The translations under genes were made by a program, and so were the position numbers. This document shows positions 25,536-37,300 of a DNA stretch of 64,000 bases, one piece after another. The stretch is from Raillietiella orientalis (lineage: Eukaryota): assembly GCA_036172245.1 (NCBI GenBank), contig JAYWIR010000003.1:2604001-2668000 (forward strand), written 5' to 3'. The notes under the pieces are model-generated. The model was not told where the DNA came from. It made no database searches and saw only the letters and a list, made by a program, of their open reading frames with translations. How positions within the stretch are numbered: position 1 is the stretch's first letter; each line of letters starts with the position of its first letter.

Positions 25536-26270
25536 GAAAAAAAAAACACTTTTTTTTTTTTTTTTTTTTTTTTTTTTCTTCTTCTTCTTCTTCTTCTCTC
25601 CTTCTTCTTCTTCTTCTTCTCCTTCTCCTCTCCTCCTCCTCCTCCTCCTTTTTTTTTTTTTTCCGCCTCTTCTCTCTCTCCTCTCTCTCTCTCCTTGCTC
25701 TTCTCCTCCTCCTCTCTCTCCCTCTCTCCTCCTCTCCTTCCTCCTTGTTTTTTTTTTTGTTGTTGTTCGCCTCTCTCCCTCTCCTCTTCTTCCCTTCTTC
25801 TCTTTCCTCCCTTCCTCCTCCTCCTCCTCTTCCTTTCCTCCTCCTCCTCCTCCTGCCTCTCGCTCCTTACTTCGTCGTCGTAGCCGTCGTCGCCGTCGTC
25901 ACTCTTCCTTTTTGTGGGCTTTTTTTTTTTTTTTTTTTTGGCTCTTCTTCTCTCTCGTGCTGTCTCCCTCTCTCTCCCTCTCTCTCTCTCCTTCTCTCTC
26001 TGTTTCGTTTTCTCCTTCTCTTCCTTTCCTTTCTTTTTTTTTTTCTCGTTTTCTCCTCCTCCTTCTCCTCTGTGTACGTGTTTTTTTTTTTTTTGGCTTT
26101 GTTTTGTTGTTGTTTTTTTCCTCTTCTTCTTCTTCTTCTTCTTCTTCTTCTTCTTCTTCTTCTCCTCCTCCTCCTCCTCCTCCTCCTCCTCCTCCTCCTC
26201 CTCCTCTCTCCCTCTCTCTTTTTTTTGCTCGGATCTTCCTCCTCCTTCCCGCTTGCACCTCCTCTCCTTT
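25536..26270 (-). repeat. Compound low-complexity purine-rich tract (poly-A, (GAA)n, (GGA)n, (GA)n on the Ubx sense strand) just upstream of the ATG; probable 5' UTR or proximal promoter
   Basis: The + strand is mostly T/C for ~700 nt (T runs, (TTC)n, (TCC)n, (CT)n). Confidence 0.9.
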
Positions 26271-26368
26271 CTCGCCCGGCACGTCGAGGATGCGAATGGC
26301 ACAAGCCCGATCGCCACGGAACTGCCGTCTCCAGCGGCTCTGGCAAGCACCTCCTGTCCGCACGCTCC

Positions 26369-26411
26369 GGCCAATGGGGAAGTCCGACGTCATCCAGAAA
26401 CCGTGACGTAA
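26369..26411. promoter_or_regulatory. CCAAT box and two CRE-like (TGACGT) motifs at the upstream edge of the purine tract; possible Ubx proximal promoter elements
   Basis: GGCCAATG at 26369, GACGTCA at 26386 and TGACGTAA at 26404. Confidence 0.25.
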
Positions 26412-29400
26412 GCTCGCTCAGATGTGGTCGTCCGCCAAGGCATGTAGTTACTCCAGGCAGCTCCCGCAAGCGCCTCCAGCAGCAACGTCCCCACCATCTC
26501 GCGACCGCTCGGCGAACCGGAGGGACGAATGCGCGCCGTAGGACTCGGGAGAAGTCAGTCGTTTCTCCCGTTCAGGATCGCGACCTTACTCTCTCGCCCA
26601 GCATCAAATAGGGGAGGAGGGGCTGGAAGGGGGCGAAGAGCGTGCCGATGCACTCGGTTCTGCCCTGGCGTGGCTCGCTGCCGTGGATCCCAGCCACGCG
26701 AGATGATGGAAGATGCATCCTCGAGACTTCGCGCAGAGCCTCCCTCACCCTCCCACTAGCATCGCAGCAGAGGGATATGCTCGTTGTAGTTGCCTCCCTC
26801 GGACGCCCGAACCCATGGACCTCGGGTCGTCTCACTGGGCCGGACCAGATGCATCCACGCTCTTCATTCCCCAATAGAGCACCCAGGTCACGGGGCTCCC
26901 GGATACCGATCGCCATCCTCCCCCCCTCCCCCCTACGTCTCGTCCACTGGAGCGCCCCGCTCGAGAAGTTCTGCCGATCCCACGAGGGAACCTGGATTCC
27001 TGCTGTCATCCGTGCGGAGTCTTCGAAGCACATTGTTTCCCCAGGCTTGACCTCGCCAGTCAGGCTTCAGGTCTCAGAGCCCAGGACGCGACGGTCTCTC
27101 AGGTGCTCTTGGTGGAGAGCTCTGGCCTCGACAATGGCCGAGGGGTAGTACGCAATTTCCGCCGGCCCCCGTAATTTGTGACCACGGAGACCTCGGAAAT
27201 CGATGTCTGCAGGGCGCCGCTCCCGCACCGCCCTTGGTGATGCAGACTCCTTCCACTTCGATGGCTGCTAGCGGAGAGCCCGGGATCCTCTGAAGAGGAT
27301 ACCCACGAAGAGGTCGCTGCAGTTTCCGATTGCGTCTGATGCGCAAGCGATCGTTTCCGAAGAGACGGAGGATCGGCATGTCGGCTGGATCTCTTCCGTG
27401 TAGGACGCGTCACGCATTTCGCAGCTACCTGTGAAGAGGAGGCAAGGAGAGGATCCGTGGTCAACCCAAGAGGATAAAAGGCCAAAGTCAAGAGAGGATT
27501 CTCGTTCAAGCAGCAGCAGATCGAAAAAGTCGGAGAGGGAGGAGAGGACTGCGTCCTGTGCCGCTGGCTAACGTCAGCAGCAGTGCTGCCCGCAGTATGG
27601 CAGCCTTGACGCCGTGCTGACTTCACACACCCATATCCAAACTTGAGAGCTGCGTCTTTGCTGGCAGAGCCATCTCTTGTCAGCGCGGGTTCGCCCCTGC
27701 GACCCGAGGAGGCGAAACCAAAAGGTGGTGCTGGTGGGCAGCTGAGGCTATGGAACCCTCACACGGAACTCGGAAGAACCTGAAAGTGATCCCCAGAAGT
27801 GTTACTGCCCAGTGGAGATCCGTTTTCCAGCTTTCACCTGCTGCTCTTGAAACAAGATCTTCCGCTGACTTTGGCCGTGGACCCTTTTAGGTGACCAAGG
27901 ATCTTCTTCGCGTATCTTCTTCGCAGGTATCTGGGCTAGCATCCCTGAAATTGTAACTGTGGGAATATTCCGATTGTAAATTCACGGAGGAAATTGCGAG
28001 AGTTTTGAGTAGAGGAAGGGTAGAATTCTTTTGGTACTTTGTTGCAGCAAGGAAGAAGAAACGCAATCGATTCCCGTCTTTAGGTATTGCCGTTCTTCTT
28101 TTAGTCGCCTTCGTTGCCTGGAAAATCATCATTCGAATGGTTCGCATTGAGCTCGTTGCTTCCCTCTCTCCGACGCATCTCTTTTTCACACGGGATGCGA
28201 CAGGGGCGAAAACCAGAATTCGCAGGGACCGCCTCGACGTCCATAAGATTCAAGGCACAGCCTCTTCTTGCTGAGTTCAGGGATGTCCGCTTCTGGAACA
28301 AGTCCACAGAGGTCCATTTGAGAAAGCGCTCTAAACCGTAAGCTCTTCCGGCTCCTCGAACCTGTGCACTGCATCTCTCGCTTAGCTGGTTGCTCGGGTC
28401 AGCATCAATCCAGACTGACTAGCTCCCACAGGAGACCTTTCGTTCTTTCTATCCCAGATCTGCAAGGTTCGTGGAAACCGAGCTCAGAATAACGAAATAC
28501 TACGAAGTGGACGTGCACGTCGTGAGCCAACTGCCCGTGTAGTTGGGTCAAGGGAGGATAGGCTTGGATCACGTGCGGCTAAGGGCGGGTCAGTTGAGAA
28601 AATCCGAGTCCAGCAGGACGGAGTACTCCTTTTCCGAGACGGCTGACAAAGAGCAGCCTTCACATCGCCCTTCGCAATTCCTTCTACTTCCCAACATTCT
28701 AAAAAGGAAGCAACCCATCCACAAAAGCGAAAGTCGGGAACACGGTTAATCGAACAGAAGTGGCTGTAGTGGATGACCTCCTCAACTCGCATTCCCCGGC
28801 TTGAGCAGGGGACCACAAGAGTCCATCTGCTGATGCAAATGCTGCAGTGTGAAGAGCGCCTTTGTACACGCTCCTTGTACTTTGACTCTGAAAGCCTCGA
28901 CCTGGCCGCTCTCCTGAAACAAACGGCTACGAAGAGGCAACTGTCCTTGTCTTTCCTCTCACGTGGAGCAAGTGGCGTGTTCGCCTGCGTTCCAAAAAGG
29001 GACAGGCGGTCACCAATCATGCAGCATCTTTCGCATGTGAGCATTCCCGAAGAGAAACCGGTAGACATTTATTTATTTTTTCAAACATTTAGCGGTCTTC
29101 CAGATCTGGACGAGTGAATCCCTCTGCTCGAAGATTGAACAGCTGCTCACTGTCTGATTAAGAGCCACTAAAGAGCACAGTCACTTAGCACTTTGGATGC
29201 TTAGCGCCTGCAGTCAAAAAGATCCTGGAGTCTGATCAAGAATCGTTGCGTAGACGTATGCGTTTTCAAGAGAAACTCCCGAGATTCATTGATCAGAGTG
29301 CACAACACTTTCCGTTGCTGCTGGTCTTTTCTGGGTCAGGCGGGGAGTGAGAGGGCACGAATCTTATCAAATCCTGAGCTTTCCGAGCGTGTTCTTTTAG

Positions 29401-30604
29401 CTCACGTCTGAGCGCTCGATTTGTTGTGATGCGCTTTCGCCGAGGCATTGCTTTTACTTTTAAGGTGCCAACCAGCCGCGCGCGCGGGCGCAAAAAGGGG
29501 GGGGGGGGGGGAAAAAAAAAGCATGAAACCCCCTCGCAGCAAACGCGTACTTATCGGACAGATAAGTACGCGTGTATACACTTCTGGCCAAAACGTTGAG
29601 CTCGGCGCCTTAAATGTTCATTTATCTCGAAATGAATGGGGGAGGGCATTCTGTTGCATCTTTTCTTGCCCGTACGCAGGCTGTTGAGGCACACTTGGAG
29701 GCAGGGCGGTTTTCGGTGCTCGAGTTGTGATCAGATTTTTGCTCATTGCTACATGGTAACTTATTGTCTCACGACGTCCCATCGAAACATATTCATCTGC
29801 TACGGGATACGCTTGCAAAACCATCCGTTTTCCTGCGACGCCGGAAGACTTGAAAGTAACCATGCGCGCGTGCTGCCACATGTCATGCTTAGAGGAAAGG
29901 CTTTCCCAACTTTCGGAATGACAGGGATGCTGTGAAGATTTTCTCTAAGGTTTGCTCCTGTGTCTGAGCTCATGAGGCATCAAGCAACTACCGTGTGCCG
30001 AGTTCCGTCTGTTTCCTTTGTATTCAAAACTGGATCATTGGGCGGATCAAAGGATTTGCCCGGTTCCGTGGCAAGGCGGAAATACGTGGAAAGAAAATGA
30101 GGGGGTACTCAGAAGTCTTGATGACACAATTTCTCCCGTCGAAACTGAATGCACACCGTTAGGGAGTCATCATGACTTGGAAATGCATCCGAAGTGTGTT
30201 GCACAAAGATGAATCCATTGCTTCATTTTTTTTTTTGGCGACTTCTCTTTCGAATTAACATCACCCCTTTCGAAGGTGATCGAGTACCTTGTCGTCATCT
30301 AAACAGAAGCAGCAGATAGATAGAACTGCAGCTTCAAGGATGGACAAAGAATGACAGCAGTTACATGAGTGTCGGATAAGGGAAAATCGAGGAAAGAATT
30401 TTATGGCTTGCACTAATTTCCAGTTGCAAGAACGCCACTTAAGAGTAATTTTCCATGCTATTGGAGGGGCTCATGGTGCGATTCCCATCAGGCTAAGCAT
30501 GCCTTGCAAAGGGAGAGCAGGGAGGAGTAAATAAGCAATCGAGCACATTCCCTAATTCATCCTTCTTTCTCTGTTTCGTAGCATGCTGCACATTGTGGTT
30601 CCAC

Positions 30605-31243
30605 TTCATGATAGGGGGCACCCCGGGATGGAGGGGTCCGCCATATGAATCCAGGAAGGGCTCGGAGTCCGTTCCTCTCACGCTTGGGGAAGGATCCCCC
30701 CCGGACGGGGGGGATCGCACCTCCCACCCTGGTTGCCTCCGAAGGGGAACCCCGAAGGGAATCTCCTTCCTCATTCTCTCCAGAGGGACACCCACCGTAA
30801 TGGACGGTGGTCCTCTCCATTTCAACTTCTCCGAAGGAAACCCGGAAAGGATCCACTTGTAGGAATTTCTTCTCCGGAGGGAACCCGCAAGGGAACCGCT
30901 CCTGTTCACTCCTCTGAAGAGAACCCCGAAGAGACGCTTCCGAAACTCAGAAGGGGCGCTGCAGCTTCCCGCAGGGAATCGCTCTCGCTTGCCTCCTTTG
31001 TGCACACTCTGTGAAGAGGCGCCGACGACTCGGAGGGACCCCCCTGTCGGGGGGTCCGCTCCTTTGAACAGCTGGAGAGGTGCCCGTGAGGGCTCCTGCT
31101 CCATCTTGAAACCGGAGGCTGTCCCCCGGTGACGGGGGTCCACTCTCCTTTGAACACCGGAGGAGGAACTCCCCACTCCTTGATTCCTGGGAGGACCCGA
31201 AGGTCGACTCCCATTGTTCCGGCCTTCGTCGGGAGGCCGCCGG
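30605..31243 (+). repeat. Tandem array of ~15 sequence-diverged, structure-conserved GC-rich hairpins
   Basis: Example units: 30693-30716 GATC7-GGAC-G7ATC; 30741-30769 GAAGGGGA..CCC-GAA-GGG..TCTCCTTC; 30876-30902 GGAG-GG..CCC-GCAA-GGG..CC-g-CTCC; 31032-31062 GGAG-GGACCCCCC-TGTC-GGGGGGTCC-g-CTCC; 31074-31102 GGAG-AGG-t-GCCC-GTGA-GGGC-t-CCT-g-CTCC; 31189-31212 GGGAG-GACC-CGAA-GGTC-ga-CTCCC. The linker CTCCTTTGAACA occurs twice. Confidence 0.8.
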
Positions 31244-31348
31244 TTTTATCCACCGCCGGGGCCACGCCCGAATGACTCGGCCAACCAGCGCCGTTGCAGG
31301 AGAAACTCGGAACCCAAACGACGCAATGGCGTCAAGTTATCTGCCGAA

Positions 31349-31395
31349 GTATTCGAACCCGCGACGCATGGCCTCATTGCGGTTCCACTTCATTC
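31349..31395 (-). mobile_element. Possible degenerate tRNA-derived (SINE-like) Pol III head
   Basis: Minus-strand GTCGCGGGTTCGAATAC resembles a tRNA T-arm/B-box (GGTTCGANNCC, one mismatch). Only a partial A-box (AAGTGG) lies upstream and no cloverleaf is evident. Confidence 0.25.
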
Positions 31396-34300
31396 TGAAG
31401 CACTTCAAGAATTGAAAAGATCCAAGGGCTATAGTAGGTAAAAATGAAGTAGGCACCTGACTAGGTGCAGCGGACCTTCACTAGGTTTTGATGAATTCGA
31501 AACTCTTATCAGCTGAGTCAAAAGGCTGGGTCCAGTTCAAAAGAAGGCACTAAGAAGGCATCTGATGGGAGAGAGGAGGGGAGGGATAACTGAAAATAAG
31601 AATTCCCACAAACGGTGACATATGCAGCGTTTCAAATGCAGATATCGAAACCATTTTTGGAGAAATTTTTCCACGGCGTCCCGTGCTCTCTAGAAAGCAG
31701 GAAAGGATCACAAGAAACGATCGTATCATAAGAAAACAACGCACTGGAGTCTCTTCTCGGATAGTCTGAAAGTGGCTATTCCGAAAATTTCATCATTTAT
31801 CTTGTGTTTTGCATTAGGTCGGCCCCTCTCCTTAGTATTTTCAGCCATCCTTGGCACGTGGGTGAGCTTTAGTCGTTCTGTGCAGAACAGAGTTTCGGCA
31901 AATTAGGTGGGAAGAGATGGCATACGGTCCATTCCTCCTGCGCTGCGGATCTCCAGTTTGCCGTTCCTTACAGAATCACGAAACGCTCACTCTCCGGATA
32001 AGTTTCCCAAAAAGGCTCCCCGAATCCGAGAGCATCATGATTCCTCTGCAGCATGCCTCTCGTGATCTTCCTACTCCGCACCTCCAACTCTCACAGTCGC
32101 ACAGTTGCAGCGACAGAAACGGCTTACTGGCCAGTTTGAACAACAGCAGAAGTGGGAAGACGGCACACCAATTGCTCACGTAGATGAACCCGCAGTTCAG
32201 TTTCTGAACTCATCGCAACGATTTCAAATTATCAGCAGGCGGCGTTTCCATGTGATTTTTAAAGGAGGAAAGCGGGCGCATGCATGCGTTTCCGAACGCT
32301 GCCAGCGATTCTCCATTCTCCCTCAACCGCATATTTTGAGACAGCGTTTGTATGGAGTACGGAACTTTCCAGTGAACATCCAGTGATCCTCGTCCGCTTG
32401 AATTTTGTTCATACCGGAGAAACCCTTTGAGTCCTCGATGAAAAGCAACGGGTAGAAGAAGCAGTCTCCAGAAAGCGGCGCGGCAATAACACAAATGAGA
32501 ATGCAGGAAAGAGGAAATTTACTTCTCTTTTGTATGAATCCATGCCTCACTACGAAATATGCATGGAAAATCGGGGAAAGAACTTTTTGGAGATTGTCCC
32601 TTAGCATGGCCGAAGGCGTGCCAACAAGATGAAAACACCGGAGTGCAGGTAAGACGTTGGATGCTGCTAAGAGCACGTAGCACGTATTAATGTAAAGAGC
32701 CAGAAGAAAATGAGCGAAGCAGAGTAGATGGGGTCCATGCAAGTTCTAAAAAACATCAATGAGAGAATTTTTGACTCGCACATCTGCAGCGATTCCTCCA
32801 ATGGTTCCAGCTCACCCTTATTTCGGTAATCAAATGGCATGCACCGCTACGAATGTGCAAGAGACGAAGTAGGGGAACCATCTTCCGCTTTGACATGGAT
32901 CTCTGTTACGATGAGGATCCCACATTTGGGTAACCAGTGAATCCAGCATTCAAAGTCGAAACCTCATATCCTCTCGAATCAATGGTTGAGTGCGAGATTG
33001 CTTCGGGGCTATCGTAGCAATTCTTCGGCTAATCGAAATTCGAGGAACACTTACTTTGAAATTTGCAGTCCACTAACTCGATCTGCGCAAGCCGGACGGA
33101 GAAAAACCGGACGTAAGGTAGGAAAGATCCTTGTCATGGAGACTGATTCTCCCACTGGCGCAGAAGGTGTATTCCCGAGGTTTTCTTCCTAGAGCTGACC
33201 GAAGGTACCAAAGCACATCGCAGTCACAAGTCGACTTCTGCCGAGAGAAGAGTCGAAAGGAAGGAGAAATTTAGCGGATCAAGGGGGTCTCAAACGTTCC
33301 CCTGGTGTCTTCCAGCAGGAAGTTTTTTTCATCAGGGAAATTCTTTCCACTTCCAGATCACTACCCAGAGCGTTGCATATCCTAATCTGAGATTCATCCT
33401 AATCTGTCACGCCATTCTTCACTGCATCCCTGACTAGAATCGGTCGGTCCGATGCTCTCATGAAAGTTTCGTTTCTGTTGGAGTGGTGCAGGCCGGGAGA
33501 TCTCTCTTGCATTCGCACTATAACCCGTACGGAATCCGAGTCCTCCATCATCGTGATCAACGGAAATGTGAAAATCTGTGACCGGGATGAATGAAACTTC
33601 ACCGCAGAGCTGAAGAAGAAGATCAGTCCGTAAAGCAGATCGCCTTTAATTCGGAGATCCGAGAAACTGCCCAAGAAGTGCTCACGTGCTTTATAGCCAA
33701 TCGTAAAAATTCGGTAAAGTTCCCCCTCCTCCCTTTTTCTGAGCGGGAGAAGTGTATTCATCGTGACTTCGAATGACCATGTGTTTTACTAGTGGGAAAA
33801 GTGCTGGGCGCTTGCTAAACTGTTTCGATGCCAATCTTTCGCCCTGCACCCGAAGCGGACGATCTCGACGTACTGACCAAGAGAGCGGATTCCCTTCGCC
33901 TTTTCTGGTAACGTCTTGAAAGCAAGGACGACTGGCAGTTTGGAAGAGCTGCAGGATCGAGGGTGGATTCATGCTGCATGTGGGGTCGGCTTGGGAGCAG
34001 AGGGAGTATCGCTACGTGCAGATTTCTCTTTGACTGAGAGCTCTCTCCCTGACCATTCCATGCAGCGCACCTCTTTCCCGACGGGCACAAGACCGCAAGG
34101 TGGAGAGGCAAGGCTTCTTCGTAGCGGCCACATCAGCTTCGCTTTCGTTTCTCCAGAAGGAATTCTTGCAAGATGGACAGCCATTGGTAGTCAAAACTGA
34201 TTTGCGATGCCTTACTTTTCTAGCAAAATCCGTGGATTTTCAATGGACACATTTCGGGAGGCGAAACTAACGCGGGCAATAGAGTGATGGTTTGGTTTCT

Positions 34301-37300
34301 CCGAAAGGATGGTGCCAAATCTCGCATGGCGGGCAAACGGTGGTCCAGATCGTCCAGCGGTGGGATTCTCCAGTGGAAATCAAGGAGACTGTCCGTCATG
34401 GAGGCTATGGAATTTCCCTACGCTAAGCGCTAAAGGCGACTGGCAGTCTTCAACGTGTGCAAAGGGTAGGTAAGCATGGAGAGCGATGGAATTGACGGTC
34501 TATTCACAGCTCAGATCCCGCTCTGGGAAGATATATATAAGTTTCCATGTATCCAGTTATCGTAAATCGTTTTCTCCCTTGTTTCTTGAACATTCCTGCA
34601 AGCGCTCAGAATTTCTGTTTTTCTTTTCTTTTTTTTTTCCTACCATTGAGCAGTAGGAGCGTGAGAGAATACACCTACTCCTTTCAAATGATAGTTCATG
34701 GATTTGTCCAAAAAAAAATTATGGAGCACCCAAAATGGCTTTTTAAAACATCATCATTTCATTTGCAAACATTTCTCAACCGCAACCAGTCTGTTTTGTC
34801 AGGCGGCCAGTGGCATCTGCGATCTTCCATGAACTTGCCCTGAAACTCCCAGTGCCGTCATGATTTGATTTCTCTTGAGGTTAATATCACAGTTGCACTG
34901 GTGGGCTGTGAGGCACTTTTGTTTCATGGCACCGTGAAGAAACAAGGATGCTGTTGAGTCCGCGTAAGAGGAAAGGTTCAGCGATTCCCTGAATCGAAAT
35001 CAGCTGTTGGGGAAAAGGATCCTCCAGTGGAAGTAAAGTTTGTCCTTGATAGAGATATTTGGACATCGGAGATTTGCACAGCAAAGAAGTCGTCTTTTTT
35101 CGAAGCTGAATTCTCATGGGAAGTGATGGACGTTTCTGCTTAGACAAAGTCATCTTTAGCCTACGAGGACCATCAACAATTTTTTGTCATCTTTTGAAAA
35201 ACGAGGTTCTCTTCGCAAATCGAGAGATCTCTGGTTTTAATTTACAGGGCATTTCAGTTCTCTTCATGATCCGCAGCCATCCTATGTGTGTGACACTTTC
35301 TGGGCATGCCCGAATGGTGCACATGTTTGGGCTTGTTTCCTGGATCGACTCGTTTCTGAACACCTAAGGTGTTCCCCTCAAACGAAACTTCTTAAGCCCA
35401 TTTTTGTTGTGGCTTCCCGCAGGCAAGGCGCAGTTAAAAGCCTCTTTTTCCCCACTCTTAAAACAGGGCGTTCCCTCTTGGCGTTGTTCTCAGTTCGAAG
35501 GTTTCGGTGTTCCTGAATTTTATTTTCATTTTTTTATCACGGTGTGCAGTTGCCTTGATCTCCAGCTGTGGGGACAACTTACAGCTGTTTTCGGTCAAAT
35601 GCTCCAGAATCCATCAAAGCTGCCCAGGCAGGCGTGCATTTTTGCAAATTGCTGGGTGCTGAGAAGACATCAGCAAGCGCCAAAAGTTTTCCGAGAATGG
35701 TCATCCTCCCATCGGTGTGGTTTCCGAATGATGAAGTTTTTCTGCTAAATCGCCGCGGATTTCCTCTTCTCTTTGGACACTTTCACCTTCCACGACGTTC
35801 GGCTCCGTCACAGACAGACCCTTTCGGTTCTGATGACCATTCTACCTTCCTGAAAGGGAAACTCCACCCTTCCTCTTGCTTAAGCGAGCCCCACTTTTTG
35901 GGTGCTCTCAAGACTGTCACGTGATATGCATTCACTTAGTTCCTGAAGAGAAGCTGGATGAATTATGTGCTTTATTTCCGGAAACATTTGAATAAATAAT
36001 CATTCATTTGAAATGGTCCCCCAACTGGGGTTTTAACAGGTGTTCCCACTTCCCTGAGGGAATGCTTTCGTTGTGACGTACCAGTGGGAGGACGTACATC
36101 TCTCTACTGATATTTTATGCGTATGCATGTCATTTCATGCGCGGATCTGAGATGACAAATCCCATCTTAGGGACATGGCAGAGGCTAACCATTCATGTTT
36201 CACTCCTTTCAGAGGTTTCCTTGATTTCCCTTGGATTCATGCTACAAGATGCTGATGTCAAGATGCTTAACTCTCTGGTACCCATCTTCATCCCACGTGA
36301 TTATTGCCCGTGTGTAGTTCCCGGTGCGCTCAAACTCCTATTTTGCCCATTCCTTCCTTCACTTCATTTGTCGTGCAAGGAAACTTTTAAGTTTCAAAGA
36401 GAAATCACGCTGTTTGTAATCTCTCCGTGCTTATGATCTCATGGCAGCATGCACTGTGTCACTCATGGCAAGTTTTGAATTAGCATCCGCCCTGCATTTT
36501 TCTGCGGAAGCAGAGCATATTTCAGATGTTCGAAACTAGATATTTAATTGAGTGTTATCTTCCATGTGAAACGTCACAGAGATGCAAGTCACATTCCCAT
36601 GCACATGCGAAACGATTCTGATCGTCGTTCGAACAGTTGTGTCTGAATCCGTGCCGGGAATCAGCGCTATCCGCAGTTCATCCCTCGCGTTCTTTTCCAG
36701 ATTCCTCCAAATCAGGAGAAGCCGAGTTAAGGATTTCCAAGCTGCATGCATTTTCTCAAGTGACATGTTCTCAAGGCGTCTCCATCAGAAAAAAATGGAA
36801 ACTTAAGTTTTATCACTTCTCCATTTTATCTCCAAGATGCTAGGAAGGATTGCATAAGGATTGCACTCGTTTTCATAACTGAAGAATGTAATCCTTCCGG
36901 GCATCGCTTCCCGAATGGCTTACTCGAAGCTTGCTAGCTCGTTTTGCTATCGGAAGTGCGAAAGAAACACCCCTGCGTTGAAAATGGTGTTCTCGCTCGG
37001 CCTAGGAGTTTGCTCCCGAAAGGAGTGGACGTTCCCCGCTGGAAACGCAGAAATGGGAAAGTCCTGTGATGGAACCGCTTCCTCCTAGAGTGCACAGCTT
37101 GCTTGCCTTCCAGCGTATGTTTTATTTTCTTCGCTCCAGCATAACGTGGGAATCTGGTTTCGAGTTGAATCTTTGGATGGAACCAAGCAACTCTCTCCGT
37201 TTTCGTATTTTGCCTGCTGTTCCTGTTTTTGCAAATTGCTTCTCTTTTCCTCGAGAAGATTTATGGGAATTTTATGAACTGCTTTTCTGTAGCAAGTGAT

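Noticed and set aside
26555..26590. + strand Inr-like TCAGTC as a divergent promoter
   Set aside because: No DPE at +28 to +32 and no TATA box; a lone 6-mer is expected by chance.
25447..26611. Long ORFs of 164-378 aa on both strands (poly-F/S/L/K/E/R)
   Set aside because: They are translations of the low-complexity purine/pyrimidine tract, which lacks stop codons by composition.
30605..31243. Hairpin array read as a CRISPR array or as a coding repeat (EGNP-like peptides)
   Set aside because: The repeats are not identical, the variable parts are themselves palindromic, there are no cas genes and the context is eukaryotic. The peptide repeats switch between frames.
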